NCBI GenBank assembly: GCA_016722065.1
Contig: JADKGX010000001.1
Location: 1,036,951-1,100,950 of the forward strand
Direction: 5' to 3'
Length of the DNA: 64,000 bases
DNA from: Planctomycetota bacterium
Lineage (GTDB): Bacteria > Planctomycetota > UBA8742 > UBA2392
Shown here: positions 46,229 to 55,520 of the stretch, piece by piece
How positions within the stretch are numbered: position 1 is the first letter of the stretch
How the letters are laid out: each line of letters starts with the position of its first letter
Notes under the pieces: model-generated
The model's input: only the letters and a program-made list of their open reading frames with translations
What the model was told of the DNA's origin: nothing
Databases searched by the model: none
Made by a program: the position numbers and the translations under genes

Positions 46229-47715
46229 ACGCGCCCTCCGCCGAGCAAGCCTATTTGTTCCGGCACGCGCTGTTGCGTGAGGCCGCCTACGAACTGCAAC
46301 CGCCAACCCAGCGCGCGGCCTTGCACGCCATTTGTCTGCAATTGCTTTCGACACTGGCGCAGGCACGGCCTGAACTGGCCGGCGCCATGGCGCTGGAACT
46401 GGCCGACCACGCCCACGCTGCCAGCCTTCCCGGCAGCGAGCACGCAGCCAATCGCGACGACCTGGCAAAGGCCGAAGCCTTGTGGTTGTCGATTGCAGCA
46501 GACTACGCCCACCAGAAAGCAGATTACCGTGGCGCCGCGGCGACGTGGCGTCGCCTGCTGGCATGCCCGAACCTGGACGACGCCCGTCGTTCCGACACGC
46601 TGCTGCATCTGGCCACCACGGAGCTCGGGCTGGGCAACGCCGCCACGGCCGAGAGCGTAGCAACGATCGCGCTGGATCTTGGCAAACACCGCGGCGACGA
46701 CAGCACCCAGGGTGCGGCCCTGAACCTTGTGGCGCGGGCCCAGGAAGCACAGGGCCGCAGCGAACAGGCATTGCAGTCCCACCTGCCGGCCGTGGCCGCA
46801 TTGCGCAGGGCCGCTTCCGGCCCGTTACCCCTCGCACTGGCGGGGCTGGCGTCCTGCTTGCGGCAACTGGGCCGCAACAGCGAAGGCTGGCCATGCATTG
46901 AGGAGGCCGTTGAACTGATCGCAGGCCAGGCGACGTCCAAGGACCAAGGGCCCGTGCTGGCCGTGCGCGCCCAGTTTCTGGCCGATGAAGGCAAGAACGA
47001 CACGGCCGTCGTCGCCTACGAAGCCTTGATTGCAAAGCTGGATGCCCGGGGCGCGCGCGCCGCCAGCGCCATGGCCCGCGCCAACATGGGGTTTGCGCTT
47101 TCGGCGCTGGGCCGGCTGGACCAGGCCCATGCCGTGGGCCTTGCGGCATTGCAAGACGCGCGCGCCGTGGGCGCCTTGCACGCCCAGACCGTGGTGCTGA
47201 ACCAGCTGGGCGGCGTGGCGCTGGAACGCAAGCGATTGGAGGAAGCCCTGTCCTGGTTCCAGCAATGCCTGCAGACCGCGCGTGAAAGCGACTATCGCGC
47301 CTACCTGACCACGGCACTGAACAACAACGCGTTGACACTTGACCACCTGGGCCGCCTGCCGGAAGCCGAAGCGCTGCAACGCCAGGCCCTGGAGTTGGCA
47401 CGCCAAAGCGGCAATCGCAGGGCCGAGGGCAGCTCGCTGGCCAACCTGGCCAGCACGCTGCTGGACCAGGACAAGCTGGCAGAGGCCGAAGACTGCGTGC
47501 GCCAGTCGATTGCCATCCAGATCGAGATCAACAACCCGCGCTACCACGCCAGCGCGCTTACCACCCTGTGCAGGCTGCAAGCGCGGCGCGGCGACCTGGA
47601 CTCTGCCTGTGCTTCCCTGCGCCAGGCCGCCGAACTGTTTCAGCAGTCCGGCGACACCGCCAATGCGACTTCCACGCTCGCCGACCTGAACAAGCTGCAA
47701 GGCACCATGCCCTAG
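46225..47715 (+). CDS. TPR-repeat protein, paralog 2 of 7
   Basis: MNAPSAEQAYLFRHALLREAAYELQPPTQRAALHAICLQLL, then ..LELADHA.. and TPR repeats. ATGA overlap with paralog 1. Confidence 0.8.
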   Translation: MNAPSAEQAYLFRHALLREAAYELQPPTQRAALHAICLQLLSTLAQARPELAGAMALELADHAHAASLPGSEHAANRDDLAKAEALWLSIAADYAHQKADYRGAAATWRRLLACPNLDDARRSDTLLHLATTELGLGNAATAESVATIALDLGKHRGDDSTQGAALNLVARAQEAQGRSEQALQSHLPAVAALRRAASGPLPLALAGLASCLRQLGRNSEGWPCIEEAVELIAGQATSKDQGPVLAVRAQFLADEGKNDTAVVAYEALIAKLDARGARAASAMARANMGFALSALGRLDQAHAVGLAALQDARAVGALHAQTVVLNQLGGVALERKRLEEALSWFQQCLQTARESDYRAYLTTALNNNALTLDHLGRLPEAEALQRQALELARQSGNRRAEGSSLANLASTLLDQDKLAEAEDCVRQSIAIQIEINNPRYHASALTTLCRLQARRGDLDSACASLRQAAELFQQSGDTANATSTLADLNKLQGTMP

Positions 47716-47803
47716 CCCACGCGCGCAAAATAGCGGCGACGCCACCCAGGGTCGCGCCTACACTGCATGGGCCAGCCATCTACGAACCTTGAGGCACGCC
47801 GCC

Positions 47804-49207
47804 ATGAGAACCGTTGCCGCCTTGTTGCTGATGCTGGGATTGGCTGTGTCGGCCTGCGCGGGCGACGAAAACAAGGACTCCGGCAGCCAGGCCCTGGCGC
47901 CAGTGACCTCGTTGGTTGCGACGCAGGGCGATGGCCAGCTTGCCTTGGCCTGGGTGAACCCCACGTTTGCGGACTTTGCAGGCGTTACCTTGCGCCGCGA
48001 CACGTCTGGGGCGCCAGCCACACCAACTTCGGGCGTGCTGGTGTATGAAGGCACGGGCCTGGGCGTGGTGGACAGCGCCCTGGCCAACGGCGTGCGCTAC
48101 TATTACTCGGCCTTTGCCCATGACGCAGCGGGCAGTTACGCCGCCGGCACGTTGGCCGATGGCGTGCCCAACCCGGCAAGCCCGGTGCAACTGGCCTTTG
48201 CGGGAGTCGGCGGCGGCGGCGGCGACCACGGCATTTTCGACCCGTCGCTTGCACTGGATCCGGCTTCCGGCCGCATCTGGATGGCGTATTCAGAAGTCAT
48301 CGATTCGCCCCAGTGGCCCGGGCAGAACCGCTTCATCAGCACGCGTATTGGCTGGTCCGACGACCAGGGCGCCAGCTGGGCCGACCAGGGCGTAATCAAC
48401 CCCGCCCAGGACGTCACGATACCGCTTGCGCCACCCAACAACGCTGGCACCTGGGTCAACGAAACTCCGTCGCTGGTTTACGACGCCGCCGCGCCGGCCA
48501 ATGAACGCTGGAAGTTGATGTGGATGCGCTATCTGCTGGTCAATGGCGTGCGCCACTTTGAGCACGGCTGGATGGGCATCAAGACCGCCCCCGACCCCGC
48601 CGGCAGCTGGTCTGCCGAACGCAAACTGTTTGTCGGTTCGCTGTACGACACCAGCAATAACGTCATCATCGGGCCGCCCGAAGTCCAACTTGACCAGTTG
48701 CACCCGGACCTCAACGCCATGCTGGTGGCCGCGGAGCCCGGGCTGCTGGCTGATGCTTCTGGCCTGTACGTCACGCTGTATGCCGCAGAAGGGCTTGCCA
48801 CCAACGGCCGACTGGCCCTGTTGCGTTTGCCTGTCGGCCAGACCACCTGGCAGTATCGCGGTTCGCTGCTGGTCAACGCGACCGACGGGCCGCTGCTGGG
48901 ATTTGACGGCTACTCGGCCCCGGCCCTGTTTGAAAAGGCCGGCCAGCGCTTTCTGGTCGCCACACCCGAAAACGGCGACTACTACCTGGGTGCGCAGGTG
49001 TTTGCCGTGAACAGCTTGAGCAACGCCGCATTGCAGCGAGCTTCCGGCACGCCGGTGGTCACCTTCAGCCACGCTGGCACCGCAGGCAGTTTCAACGGGG
49101 CTGCGGCGTACATTCCGCAAGCCACGGCCAGCGGATTGCTTTACAGCGAGGCCGTCGTGACCAGCGTGGTCGAGTTCCGCATCTACGCCAGCCGCCGTAA
49201 CCCTTGA
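47804..49207 (+). CDS. Lipoprotein with Fn3-like domain and BNR/Asp-box (sialidase-like beta-propeller) region
   Basis: ATG 47804 with GAGG 9 nt upstream; the ORF-track start 47789 is TTG. Lipobox LGLAVSAC. Asp-box SDDQGASW. Confidence 0.5.
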   Translation: MRTVAALLLMLGLAVSACAGDENKDSGSQALAPVTSLVATQGDGQLALAWVNPTFADFAGVTLRRDTSGAPATPTSGVLVYEGTGLGVVDSALANGVRYYYSAFAHDAAGSYAAGTLADGVPNPASPVQLAFAGVGGGGGDHGIFDPSLALDPASGRIWMAYSEVIDSPQWPGQNRFISTRIGWSDDQGASWADQGVINPAQDVTIPLAPPNNAGTWVNETPSLVYDAAAPANERWKLMWMRYLLVNGVRHFEHGWMGIKTAPDPAGSWSAERKLFVGSLYDTSNNVIIGPPEVQLDQLHPDLNAMLVAAEPGLLADASGLYVTLYAAEGLATNGRLALLRLPVGQTTWQYRGSLLVNATDGPLLGFDGYSAPALFEKAGQRFLVATPENGDYYLGAQVFAVNSLSNAALQRASGTPVVTFSHAGTAGSFNGAAAYIPQATASGLLYSEAVVTSVVEFRIYASRRNP

Positions 49208-49311
49208 ACACGCGCGCAATTTTCTCAACGCGCGCCACGCTGACTCGTTCCATGGGCAGGTAGCGCTTCTCACACCCAAAATCGCCAGACCTGATCCACC
49301 GGAGACTCCCC

Positions 49312-50622
49312 ATGGTTCGCAAGACGGCTGCTCTTTCGTTGCTGGCGCTGCTTTCTGCCGGCCCGTTGCTGGCCCAAGCCAAGCTTGATGACGCCCCTGG
49401 CTCCAACGTGCTGGGGCAGCAATGCCCGGAACTGCAACTGGCAGAAGAACCCGTGCAGGGCGCAAAGATCACCCAGGCGGACTTTGCGGGGAAAATGGTT
49501 TTCTTCATGTTCTATCAACGTGGCTGCGAAGGCTGCGAAGAACAAGCCATGCCCGCGTTGCAGAAGCTGTTCGAGAAATACGAGTATTCCAAGTGCGCGC
49601 TGGTGTTCGCCATCAACACCGCCTTTGACAAAGACAAAGACGAATACCTGGCCGACACCGCTGCCACTGCTGCACACCTGCGCGCCAAGGGCTGGACCAT
49701 GCCGGTCATGCGCGACCTGGATGAGGCATCCAACCCGTTGTTCACCATCGACAAAGTCAGTGGCACTCCCCAGGCCGTGGTGCTGGACGAAAACGGTTTC
49801 GTGTGCGACCACGACTGGTACAGCGCCAAAGACGAAATCCGCGACCTGCATGCCACGGCCGATGCCGTGTTTGCCGGTCTGAACTGCGAATGTGTGCGCC
49901 TGCCACGCAAGATGACAGGCGCCTGCAAGGGCGCTTACGAAAGCATCCGCAAAGGCGAATACACGGACGCCTGGGCCAGCGCCGCGGACATTGCCGAAAA
50001 ACCCCAGGCCGCTGCCCAGGACAAACGCGACGCCGAAGAACTGAAGGAATGGCTGACCGGCCTTGTACGCAACCGCACCCGCAAGTTCGAAGAACACTTC
50101 GACTACGACCCGATCGACACCGTGGACCGCGCCCAAGCCATGGCGCCAAGGTTCAAGGCCATTCCCGGCGCCCAGGAGCTCGAGGTCAAGATCGACTCTT
50201 GGCGCAACTCGGACAGTTACAGCAAGTTCAAGCAGGTCAAAGACGAGCTGGAGGTTGCCGAATCCGAAATCGCCAAGCCCACGGCGGACCAGGCCGCGTG
50301 GCTGAAGAAACTGCAGGACATTGGCGCCCGCGCCGGCAATACCTCCGTGGGTGACCGCGCGCGGTCACGCGCTGGCCAGATCAGCAGCCCGCAAGCCGAG
50401 CCCGTCAAGGCCGCAGGGGGCACAAAGGCCGCTACAGGCGGAAGTTCCCGCGCTGGTGGCCAGACGCCCCCGGTGGCAACCGGCGGCCGGCGCATGGGCG
50501 GCACCAGCGACGCCACCAAGCCCGCCGTGGCACCCAGCCGCAGTGCCACGCGCATCAGCGGTGGCGCAGCAACGGCGCCACGCACACGTTCAGAATCCCG
50601 CGTGCTGGGCTCCAGTCGCTAG
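49312..50622 (+). CDS. Secreted thioredoxin-fold (TlpA/ResA-like) protein with helical domain and disordered Ala/Gly/Arg tail
   Basis: GGAG SD. Signal peptide MVRKTAALSLLALLSAGPLLAQA. Redox motif FFMFYQRGCEGCEEQ and GTPQAVVLDENG. Confidence 0.6.
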   Translation: MVRKTAALSLLALLSAGPLLAQAKLDDAPGSNVLGQQCPELQLAEEPVQGAKITQADFAGKMVFFMFYQRGCEGCEEQAMPALQKLFEKYEYSKCALVFAINTAFDKDKDEYLADTAATAAHLRAKGWTMPVMRDLDEASNPLFTIDKVSGTPQAVVLDENGFVCDHDWYSAKDEIRDLHATADAVFAGLNCECVRLPRKMTGACKGAYESIRKGEYTDAWASAADIAEKPQAAAQDKRDAEELKEWLTGLVRNRTRKFEEHFDYDPIDTVDRAQAMAPRFKAIPGAQELEVKIDSWRNSDSYSKFKQVKDELEVAESEIAKPTADQAAWLKKLQDIGARAGNTSVGDRARSRAGQISSPQAEPVKAAGGTKAATGGSSRAGGQTPPVATGGRRMGGTSDATKPAVAPSRSATRISGGAATAPRTRSESRVLGSSR

Positions 50623-50647
50623 GCATGTCGCGGGGCAACCAGGCAAG

Positions 50648-50684
50648 CAGCGCAGGTCTCTGGCCTGCGCTGTTTCCGTTTTTC
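50648..50684 (+). terminator. Rho-independent terminator after the TlpA-like gene
   Basis: CAGCGCAGG-TCTCTGG-CCTGCGCTG followed by TTTCCGTTTTTC. Confidence 0.65.
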
Positions 50685-50715
50685 GTGTTGCCGCTGGTCA
50701 TGGTCTAATGCCGCC
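50680..50715 (+). promoter_or_regulatory. Conserved promoter-like module of TPR paralog 3 (-10-like hexamer 6 nt from ATG; candidate leaderless start)
   Basis: TTTTCG, 18 nt, TCTAAT, GCCGCC, ATG(50716). No SD. Same architecture and spacing as at 53689 and 55485. Confidence 0.4.
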
Positions 50716-52014
50716 ATGGCTTTGCCCGCCGCCGAAGACGCCTACGTGTTTCGCCACGCCCTTGTGCGCGATGCGGCCTATGAGCTGCAGCCGCCCAGCG
50801 CCCGCGCGCGGCTGCACGGCCTGGCTTTGGGCTGCCTGGAGGAATTGACCGGCGGCCGCCCCGACGAAACCCCCGTGGCCATCGACGACGGCGCAACCGA
50901 TGCCCATCCTTGCGACGCCGTCGCCCTGCAGCTGGCCGACCACGCCGGCCTTGCCGAACCCGGCACCGTGGGCGACCGCGCTGCATTGCGCTGTCTGTAC
51001 CTTCGCCGCGCCGCTGAGCACGCCGAACGCCTGCACCAGTACCCACAGGCGCGCCAACTTTGGTCGCAGTTGATTCCACTGGCGCAGCCCGGCGCCCGAC
51101 CACGCTGTCTTTTGCGCCTGGCCATGGCCGCCGGCAGGGCTGGCGACAACGCAGCAGCCGTGGCCGCGCTGGAAACACTCAATGCGGATGCCGCCCTGGA
51201 ACCCGAGCTGCGCTGCATGGGTCACAGCCGGCTGTCGCACTTCCTGCGCGAACTGGGCCGCCACGCACCTGCCGAGGCCGCGGCCACCTTTGCCCGGGAA
51301 CTGGCCCGCGCATCCGGCCTGGCGATGCACGAAGCCTGGGCGCTGGGCAACTTGGCCAACCTTCATCGCGACACGGGCCGCGCCGCCGAAGCCGAGCAGG
51401 GCTATGCCCGGGCGCTGGACGTATTCCAGCGCCTGGGTAACCAGCGATATGCAGCGGTGGCGCTGGGCAACTTGGCGGCACTTCGCCAGATGGCCGGCGA
51501 CACCGCCATGGCTGAACATCAGTACCGGCGCGCCCTGCAGCTGTGCAGGGAAGCCGGTGACCTGAGGTTTGAGGGCATCTCGCTGGGCAACCTGGCGATC
51601 GTGCTGCAGCAGCAAGCCCGCCTTGTCGACGCGGCACAGGCCTATGACCAGGCGCTGGAGATTCACCGGCGGACCGGCAACCGCCGATCGGAGGGCATCA
51701 CGCTGGGAAATCTTGCAGGTATGCTGCGCCAGGCAGGACAGCCGAGGCAGGCTCTGGCCGCCTATGAGTCTGCGCTGGCCATGCACCGCGAACTCAGCAA
51801 TCGCAGTTTCGAAGGCGCGCACCTCTGTTACTTCGCATTGTGCCTGGTTGACCTGCGCCGCGCGGACGAGGCCCGCGCCGCGTGGCGCGCCGGCATGGCG
51901 ATCCTGCACGAACTGGGCGACCGCATGCAGGCCGAGCGGGCACGCCAGCCTATGCTCGAAACCTGCCGCAAAGCCGGCATGCCGCCGCTGGACGAGCCGG
52001 AGGCCGCGCCATGA
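50716..52014 (+). CDS. TPR-repeat protein, paralog 3 of 7
   Basis: MALPAAEDAYVFRHALVRDAAYELQPPSARARLHGLALGCLE, then ..LQLADHA.. and regular 40-aa repeats (LGNLANLHRDTGRAAEAEQGYARALDVFQRLGNQRYAAVA..). Confidence 0.85.
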   Translation: MALPAAEDAYVFRHALVRDAAYELQPPSARARLHGLALGCLEELTGGRPDETPVAIDDGATDAHPCDAVALQLADHAGLAEPGTVGDRAALRCLYLRRAAEHAERLHQYPQARQLWSQLIPLAQPGARPRCLLRLAMAAGRAGDNAAAVAALETLNADAALEPELRCMGHSRLSHFLRELGRHAPAEAAATFARELARASGLAMHEAWALGNLANLHRDTGRAAEAEQGYARALDVFQRLGNQRYAAVALGNLAALRQMAGDTAMAEHQYRRALQLCREAGDLRFEGISLGNLAIVLQQQARLVDAAQAYDQALEIHRRTGNRRSEGITLGNLAGMLRQAGQPRQALAAYESALAMHRELSNRSFEGAHLCYFALCLVDLRRADEARAAWRAGMAILHELGDRMQAERARQPMLETCRKAGMPPLDEPEAAP

Positions 52015-53588
52015 CCAAGCCATCCGGCGAGACGATTGACATGCCCGCCGTAGCCGAAGATGCCTACGTGTTTCGCCACGCCCTGCTGCGTGCCGCGGCC
52101 TATGAATTGCAATTACCCGGCGAGCGCGCGGCGCTGCACGCCCTGGCGTTGCACGCAATGCAGAACGCCCTGGGCGGCCCGCCCGCCATGCCTTCCTTGT
52201 GGCCCGGGCAGGAAGCATCGTTCATTCCTCACCCCGGCGATGGCGCAGCAGCCGAACTGGCACAGCACGCGTACATAGCCCGCAGTGCCGCACAGGCCGA
52301 CACCGCGGCACTGGACCAGTCCCGCCGCCTGTACCTGCACCGGGCTGCGCTGCATGCCACTCGCCTGCACGACGGGGCCGCCGCCCGTGACCTGTGGCTG
52401 GAACTGGCACCGCTGCACCAGGGCGCCGCCCGGGCCGCCTGCCTGTGGCGCGCCGCTGAACGTGAACTTCTGCACGGGCTTGGCGCACAGGGCGAATCGT
52501 TGCTGCACCAGGCGCTGGAACTGGCCCGCGCTGCCAGCGACCAGGTCATGCAAGGCGCCGTTTTGGGCACGCAGGCATCCATGCTGCGCGAAACCGGCCG
52601 CAGCGCCGAGTCGGAGGCTGCCTCGACACTGGCCATTGCCATTCACCGGCAGGCTGGCAATCGACCTGCCCTGGGGGCGGCCTTGGGGGCACTGGCGGCT
52701 GCCTATCGCGCCACCGGGCGCGCTGCCCAGGCCGAGGCGGCCTACAACGAAGCACTGGCGATTCATCGTGATGTCGGCAATCGCCGCCAGGAAGCTGTGG
52801 CACTGGCCAACCTGGCAAACCTGTACCGTGAAACTGGGCGTGTGCCTCTGGCTGAGACTTCCTATCAACAGGCCCTGCAGATCTTGCGGGCCGTCGGCGA
52901 CCGCCGGGCTGAAGGCATGACACTGGGCAACCTGGGTTCTGTCTTTCTTCAGACCAACCGCGTGGCAGAGGCGGAAGCGGCCTACCGCCTGGCCCTGGAA
53001 TACAATCGCCAGGTAGGCGACCGCAGGGCCCAAGGCGTTTCCCTGGGGCACATCGCCGGGGTGCTGCTGCACCAGGGCCGCGCCCAGGAGGCCGCGGACC
53101 TGTATCAGCAGGTCATTGCCATTGCAAGCGAAGTACGCGACCGCGCTACGCAAGGCCACGCCTTGGGCAATCTCGCTGACCTGTACATCCAAACGGGCAG
53201 CCACGACCGGGCCGCACCCCTGATTGAGGCCGCGCTGGCCATTCACCGCGAAGTCGGCAACCGCCGCAGTGAGGGCGTGGCGCTGGGCAGTCTTGCCGAA
53301 TTGCAGTTGGCCAAAGGCAACGCGCGCGCCGCCGAAACAACTCTGCGCAATGCCCTGGAGGTACATCGCAAGGTCAACAACCGGCGCTTTGAAGCCATGG
53401 ACCTGTGCCGCCTGGCGCGCGTACTGGTCGCACTGGGCCGCCGCGATGAAGCCCAGGCGGCCTGGCACCAGGGTGCCGATGCCTTGCGCAACCTGGGCGA
53501 CACCAGCGCCATTGCCAGCGCCCGCGTGCTGCTTGACCAGGCATGCAAAGACAACGCGATGGCCGTCATGGCCGATGCCCGGCCGTAA
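52011..53588 (+). CDS. TPR-repeat protein, paralog 4 of 7
   Basis: ATGA overlap with paralog 3. ..MPAVAEDAYVFRHALLRAAAYELQLPGERAALHALALHAMQ; an alternative start at ATG 52041 would give the family-typical short N-terminus. About nine 40-aa TPR_12-like repeats. Confidence 0.8.
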   Translation: MTKPSGETIDMPAVAEDAYVFRHALLRAAAYELQLPGERAALHALALHAMQNALGGPPAMPSLWPGQEASFIPHPGDGAAAELAQHAYIARSAAQADTAALDQSRRLYLHRAALHATRLHDGAAARDLWLELAPLHQGAARAACLWRAAERELLHGLGAQGESLLHQALELARAASDQVMQGAVLGTQASMLRETGRSAESEAASTLAIAIHRQAGNRPALGAALGALAAAYRATGRAAQAEAAYNEALAIHRDVGNRRQEAVALANLANLYRETGRVPLAETSYQQALQILRAVGDRRAEGMTLGNLGSVFLQTNRVAEAEAAYRLALEYNRQVGDRRAQGVSLGHIAGVLLHQGRAQEAADLYQQVIAIASEVRDRATQGHALGNLADLYIQTGSHDRAAPLIEAALAIHREVGNRRSEGVALGSLAELQLAKGNARAAETTLRNALEVHRKVNNRRFEAMDLCRLARVLVALGRRDEAQAAWHQGADALRNLGDTSAIASARVLLDQACKDNAMAVMADARP

Positions 53589-53688
53589 CCACAAAACCCG
53601 CCTGGTTCCAATCCCTGGGCTGCACGCTTGGAGTTCAGGCTTGGCCTTGGCGGGCCCACAGATGGCCACCGGTGGGCGCCAAAACCGT

Positions 53689-53724
53689 TTTTCGCATCCT
53701 GCCAAGGCATGTTCTAATGCCGCC
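53689..53724 (+). promoter_or_regulatory. Conserved promoter-like module of TPR paralog 5
   Basis: TTTTCG, 18 nt, TCTAAT, GCCGCC, ATG(53725). CCGTTTTTCG and CATG.TCTAATGCCGCCATG are identical to the paralog 3 upstream region at the same spacing. Confidence 0.4.
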
Positions 53725-55302
53725 ATGCGGCAACACAGCGCCGAAGACGCCTACCTGTTTCGCCATGCAATGTTGCGCGAAGCGGCGTACCAGTTGCAGC
53801 CGCCGCTTGACCGCGCATTGCTGCATGCCGCGGCTTTCACGCTGGTGGAGGCAGCATATGGGGGCCCCGCGCCGGAACTGCCGCCGCCGGTAACCGGCAG
53901 AATGCAGCCGATGATCCCCCACCGCACCGACGCCGTCGCCCTCGAACTCGCGAGCCACGCGGAGCTGGCCCAACACGTGGATCTGGACATCGGCATGGCT
54001 AACGCGGCCCGGCGTTACATCCACCGCGCGGCCTGCCTTGCTACGGAGCAATTCCGGTTCCATGAGGCGATTGGTTTATGGCGCCGGCTGGCCGAAAGGC
54101 TGTCAGGCCAACCCATGCTGATTGCCCTGTCCCGATGCGGGACCGCAGCCAAGGAATGGGGCGATGCAGCTTTGGCAAGGCGCACGCTTGAGGAACTCCA
54201 CGAAAAGGCCTGGGCAGCAGGCGACCAGCACATGCAGGGCATCGCGCTGGGCGAACTGGCGCAGGCCATGACCGCGCAAGGCGATCTTGTCGCCGCAGAG
54301 GCCGCAGTGCGCGAATCCATCGCCATGTTGCGCGTACTGGCCGTGCCCCGGTCCCTTGCGGCATCGATTTCGGGGCTGGCAAATCTGCTATGGCGCGGGG
54401 GCCACGCAGATAGTGCCCAGGCCCTGTGGCGCGAGGCCCTAGAACTGCTGGCCGGGCAAGATCCCGACGACGCCCGCGCCGCAATCCTTAACAACCTTGC
54501 GGGCTGCTTCGGCCGGCTGGGCAATACTGCGCAGGCCGAACCGCTGTTTCGGCAAGCCATGGATATTCACCAGGCGCAGGGCCAACGACACGCCGTCGAG
54601 CTCGTCCGCATGAACCTTGCCAATCTTTTCGCCGAGACCGGCCGCGTGCCGCAAGCGCTGACCATCTACCGGCAGTCCGTTCAGGCTCTTTCCGGCCTGG
54701 GGCATCGCCGGCTGGAGGGTGTGGCCCTGGCAAACCTGGCGGCCATCCTGTTCAACACCGGCGAAAAATACGAATCAGAAGACCTCCTTTTGAAGGCGAT
54801 CGCCATCCACCACGAGGTTGGCGACAACCAACGGCTGGCCCACGCCCTGTCAACGCTGATGGCGGTGTACCAGAACAGCGGCCGGCATGAACTCGCCCTT
54901 GCCACCGGCCAGCAAACTCTGGAACTGTGTCGCGCGCTGGGCCTGAAATCTGATGAGTCGACGGTGCTCTACAACCTGGCTTCCATGGCCGTGGACCAGA
55001 AGCAACTCGATCAGGCATGCGCCTTGTTTGAGCAGGCCATTGCCATGCAGCGGCAGATTGGCCTGCCGGTGAAGCTTGCGGGCTCCTTGTGCAACTACAT
55101 GCACGCCCTGCTGCTGCTTGGCCGAATCGACGAAGCCCGCGCGGCCTGGCTGGAAGGCGCGGCGCTTTTGAAGGACTTTCGCGACATTGCGGACCTGAAG
55201 AACAAACAACGCACCATGCAGAAGTTGTGCGTCGAATGCGGTATCGAGCCCTTCGGCATGCCGGTACGTTCGGGCCCCGTCCCGCCCGGGCCGCAAGCCT
55301 GA
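53725..55302 (+). CDS. TPR-repeat protein, paralog 5 of 7
   Basis: Start moved to ATG 53725 (MRQHSAEDAYLFRHAMLREAAYQLQPPLDRALLHAAAFTLVE). The upstream 167 codons of the 692-aa ORF overlap paralog 4 out of frame. Ends at TGA 55300-55302. Confidence 0.8.
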   Translation: MRQHSAEDAYLFRHAMLREAAYQLQPPLDRALLHAAAFTLVEAAYGGPAPELPPPVTGRMQPMIPHRTDAVALELASHAELAQHVDLDIGMANAARRYIHRAACLATEQFRFHEAIGLWRRLAERLSGQPMLIALSRCGTAAKEWGDAALARRTLEELHEKAWAAGDQHMQGIALGELAQAMTAQGDLVAAEAAVRESIAMLRVLAVPRSLAASISGLANLLWRGGHADSAQALWREALELLAGQDPDDARAAILNNLAGCFGRLGNTAQAEPLFRQAMDIHQAQGQRHAVELVRMNLANLFAETGRVPQALTIYRQSVQALSGLGHRRLEGVALANLAAILFNTGEKYESEDLLLKAIAIHHEVGDNQRLAHALSTLMAVYQNSGRHELALATGQQTLELCRALGLKSDESTVLYNLASMAVDQKQLDQACALFEQAIAMQRQIGLPVKLAGSLCNYMHALLLLGRIDEARAAWLEGAALLKDFRDIADLKNKQRTMQKLCVECGIEPFGMPVRSGPVPPGPQA

Positions 55303-55449
55303 CCCGGCACGGCGGCTCGCGACGCGTGGCGGGCAGGCGCGGCCATTCTGTGCGGGCTGAACGATGCGGCCGCGCTGCAAGCCCTGCGCGCCGACGTGCG
55401 TGAAGCCTGTGCACAGGCGGGCGTGCCGCACTTTGACACCCGCGAATAG
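55303..55449 (+). other. In-frame post-stop extension encoding a second copy of the family C-terminal tail (gene remnant or read-through extension)
   Basis: The 48 codons directly after TGA 55300-55302, in the same frame, read PGTAARDAWRAGAAILCGLNDAAALQALRADVREACAQAGVPHFDTRE*. This is collinear with the paralog tails (about 45% identity to the paralog 3 tail ARAAWRAGMAILHELGDRMQAERARQPMLETCRKAGMPPLDEPE). Confidence 0.6.
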
Positions 55450-55484
55450 ATTAAGGGTGCGCCCGCGACAGATTGCGCGACGAA

Positions 55485-55520
55485 TTCTCGCCCGGAACTG
55501 CAACAACATACAATGCCGCT
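55485..55520 (+). promoter_or_regulatory. Conserved promoter-like module of TPR paralog 6
   Basis: TTCTCG, 18 nt, TACAAT, GCCGCT, ATG(55521). TACAAT is a near-consensus -10 hexamer placed 6 nt from the start codon. No SD. Confidence 0.45.

Noticed and set aside
50708-50718. Second ATG inside the conserved element (AATGCCGCCATG) as an alternative start
   Set aside because: It is 8 nt upstream and therefore out of frame. Its reading frame yields Cys/Pro/Thr-rich nonsense that merely mirrors the conserved DNA in each paralog.
53224-53724. Upstream extensions of the TPR ORFs given in the ORF track (53224, 51882, 55473 starts)
   Set aside because: The extensions overlap the preceding paralog out of frame or run through promoter/terminator sequence. 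All paralogs align from a short M-x(2-9)-AE.AY.F.HAL N-terminus.
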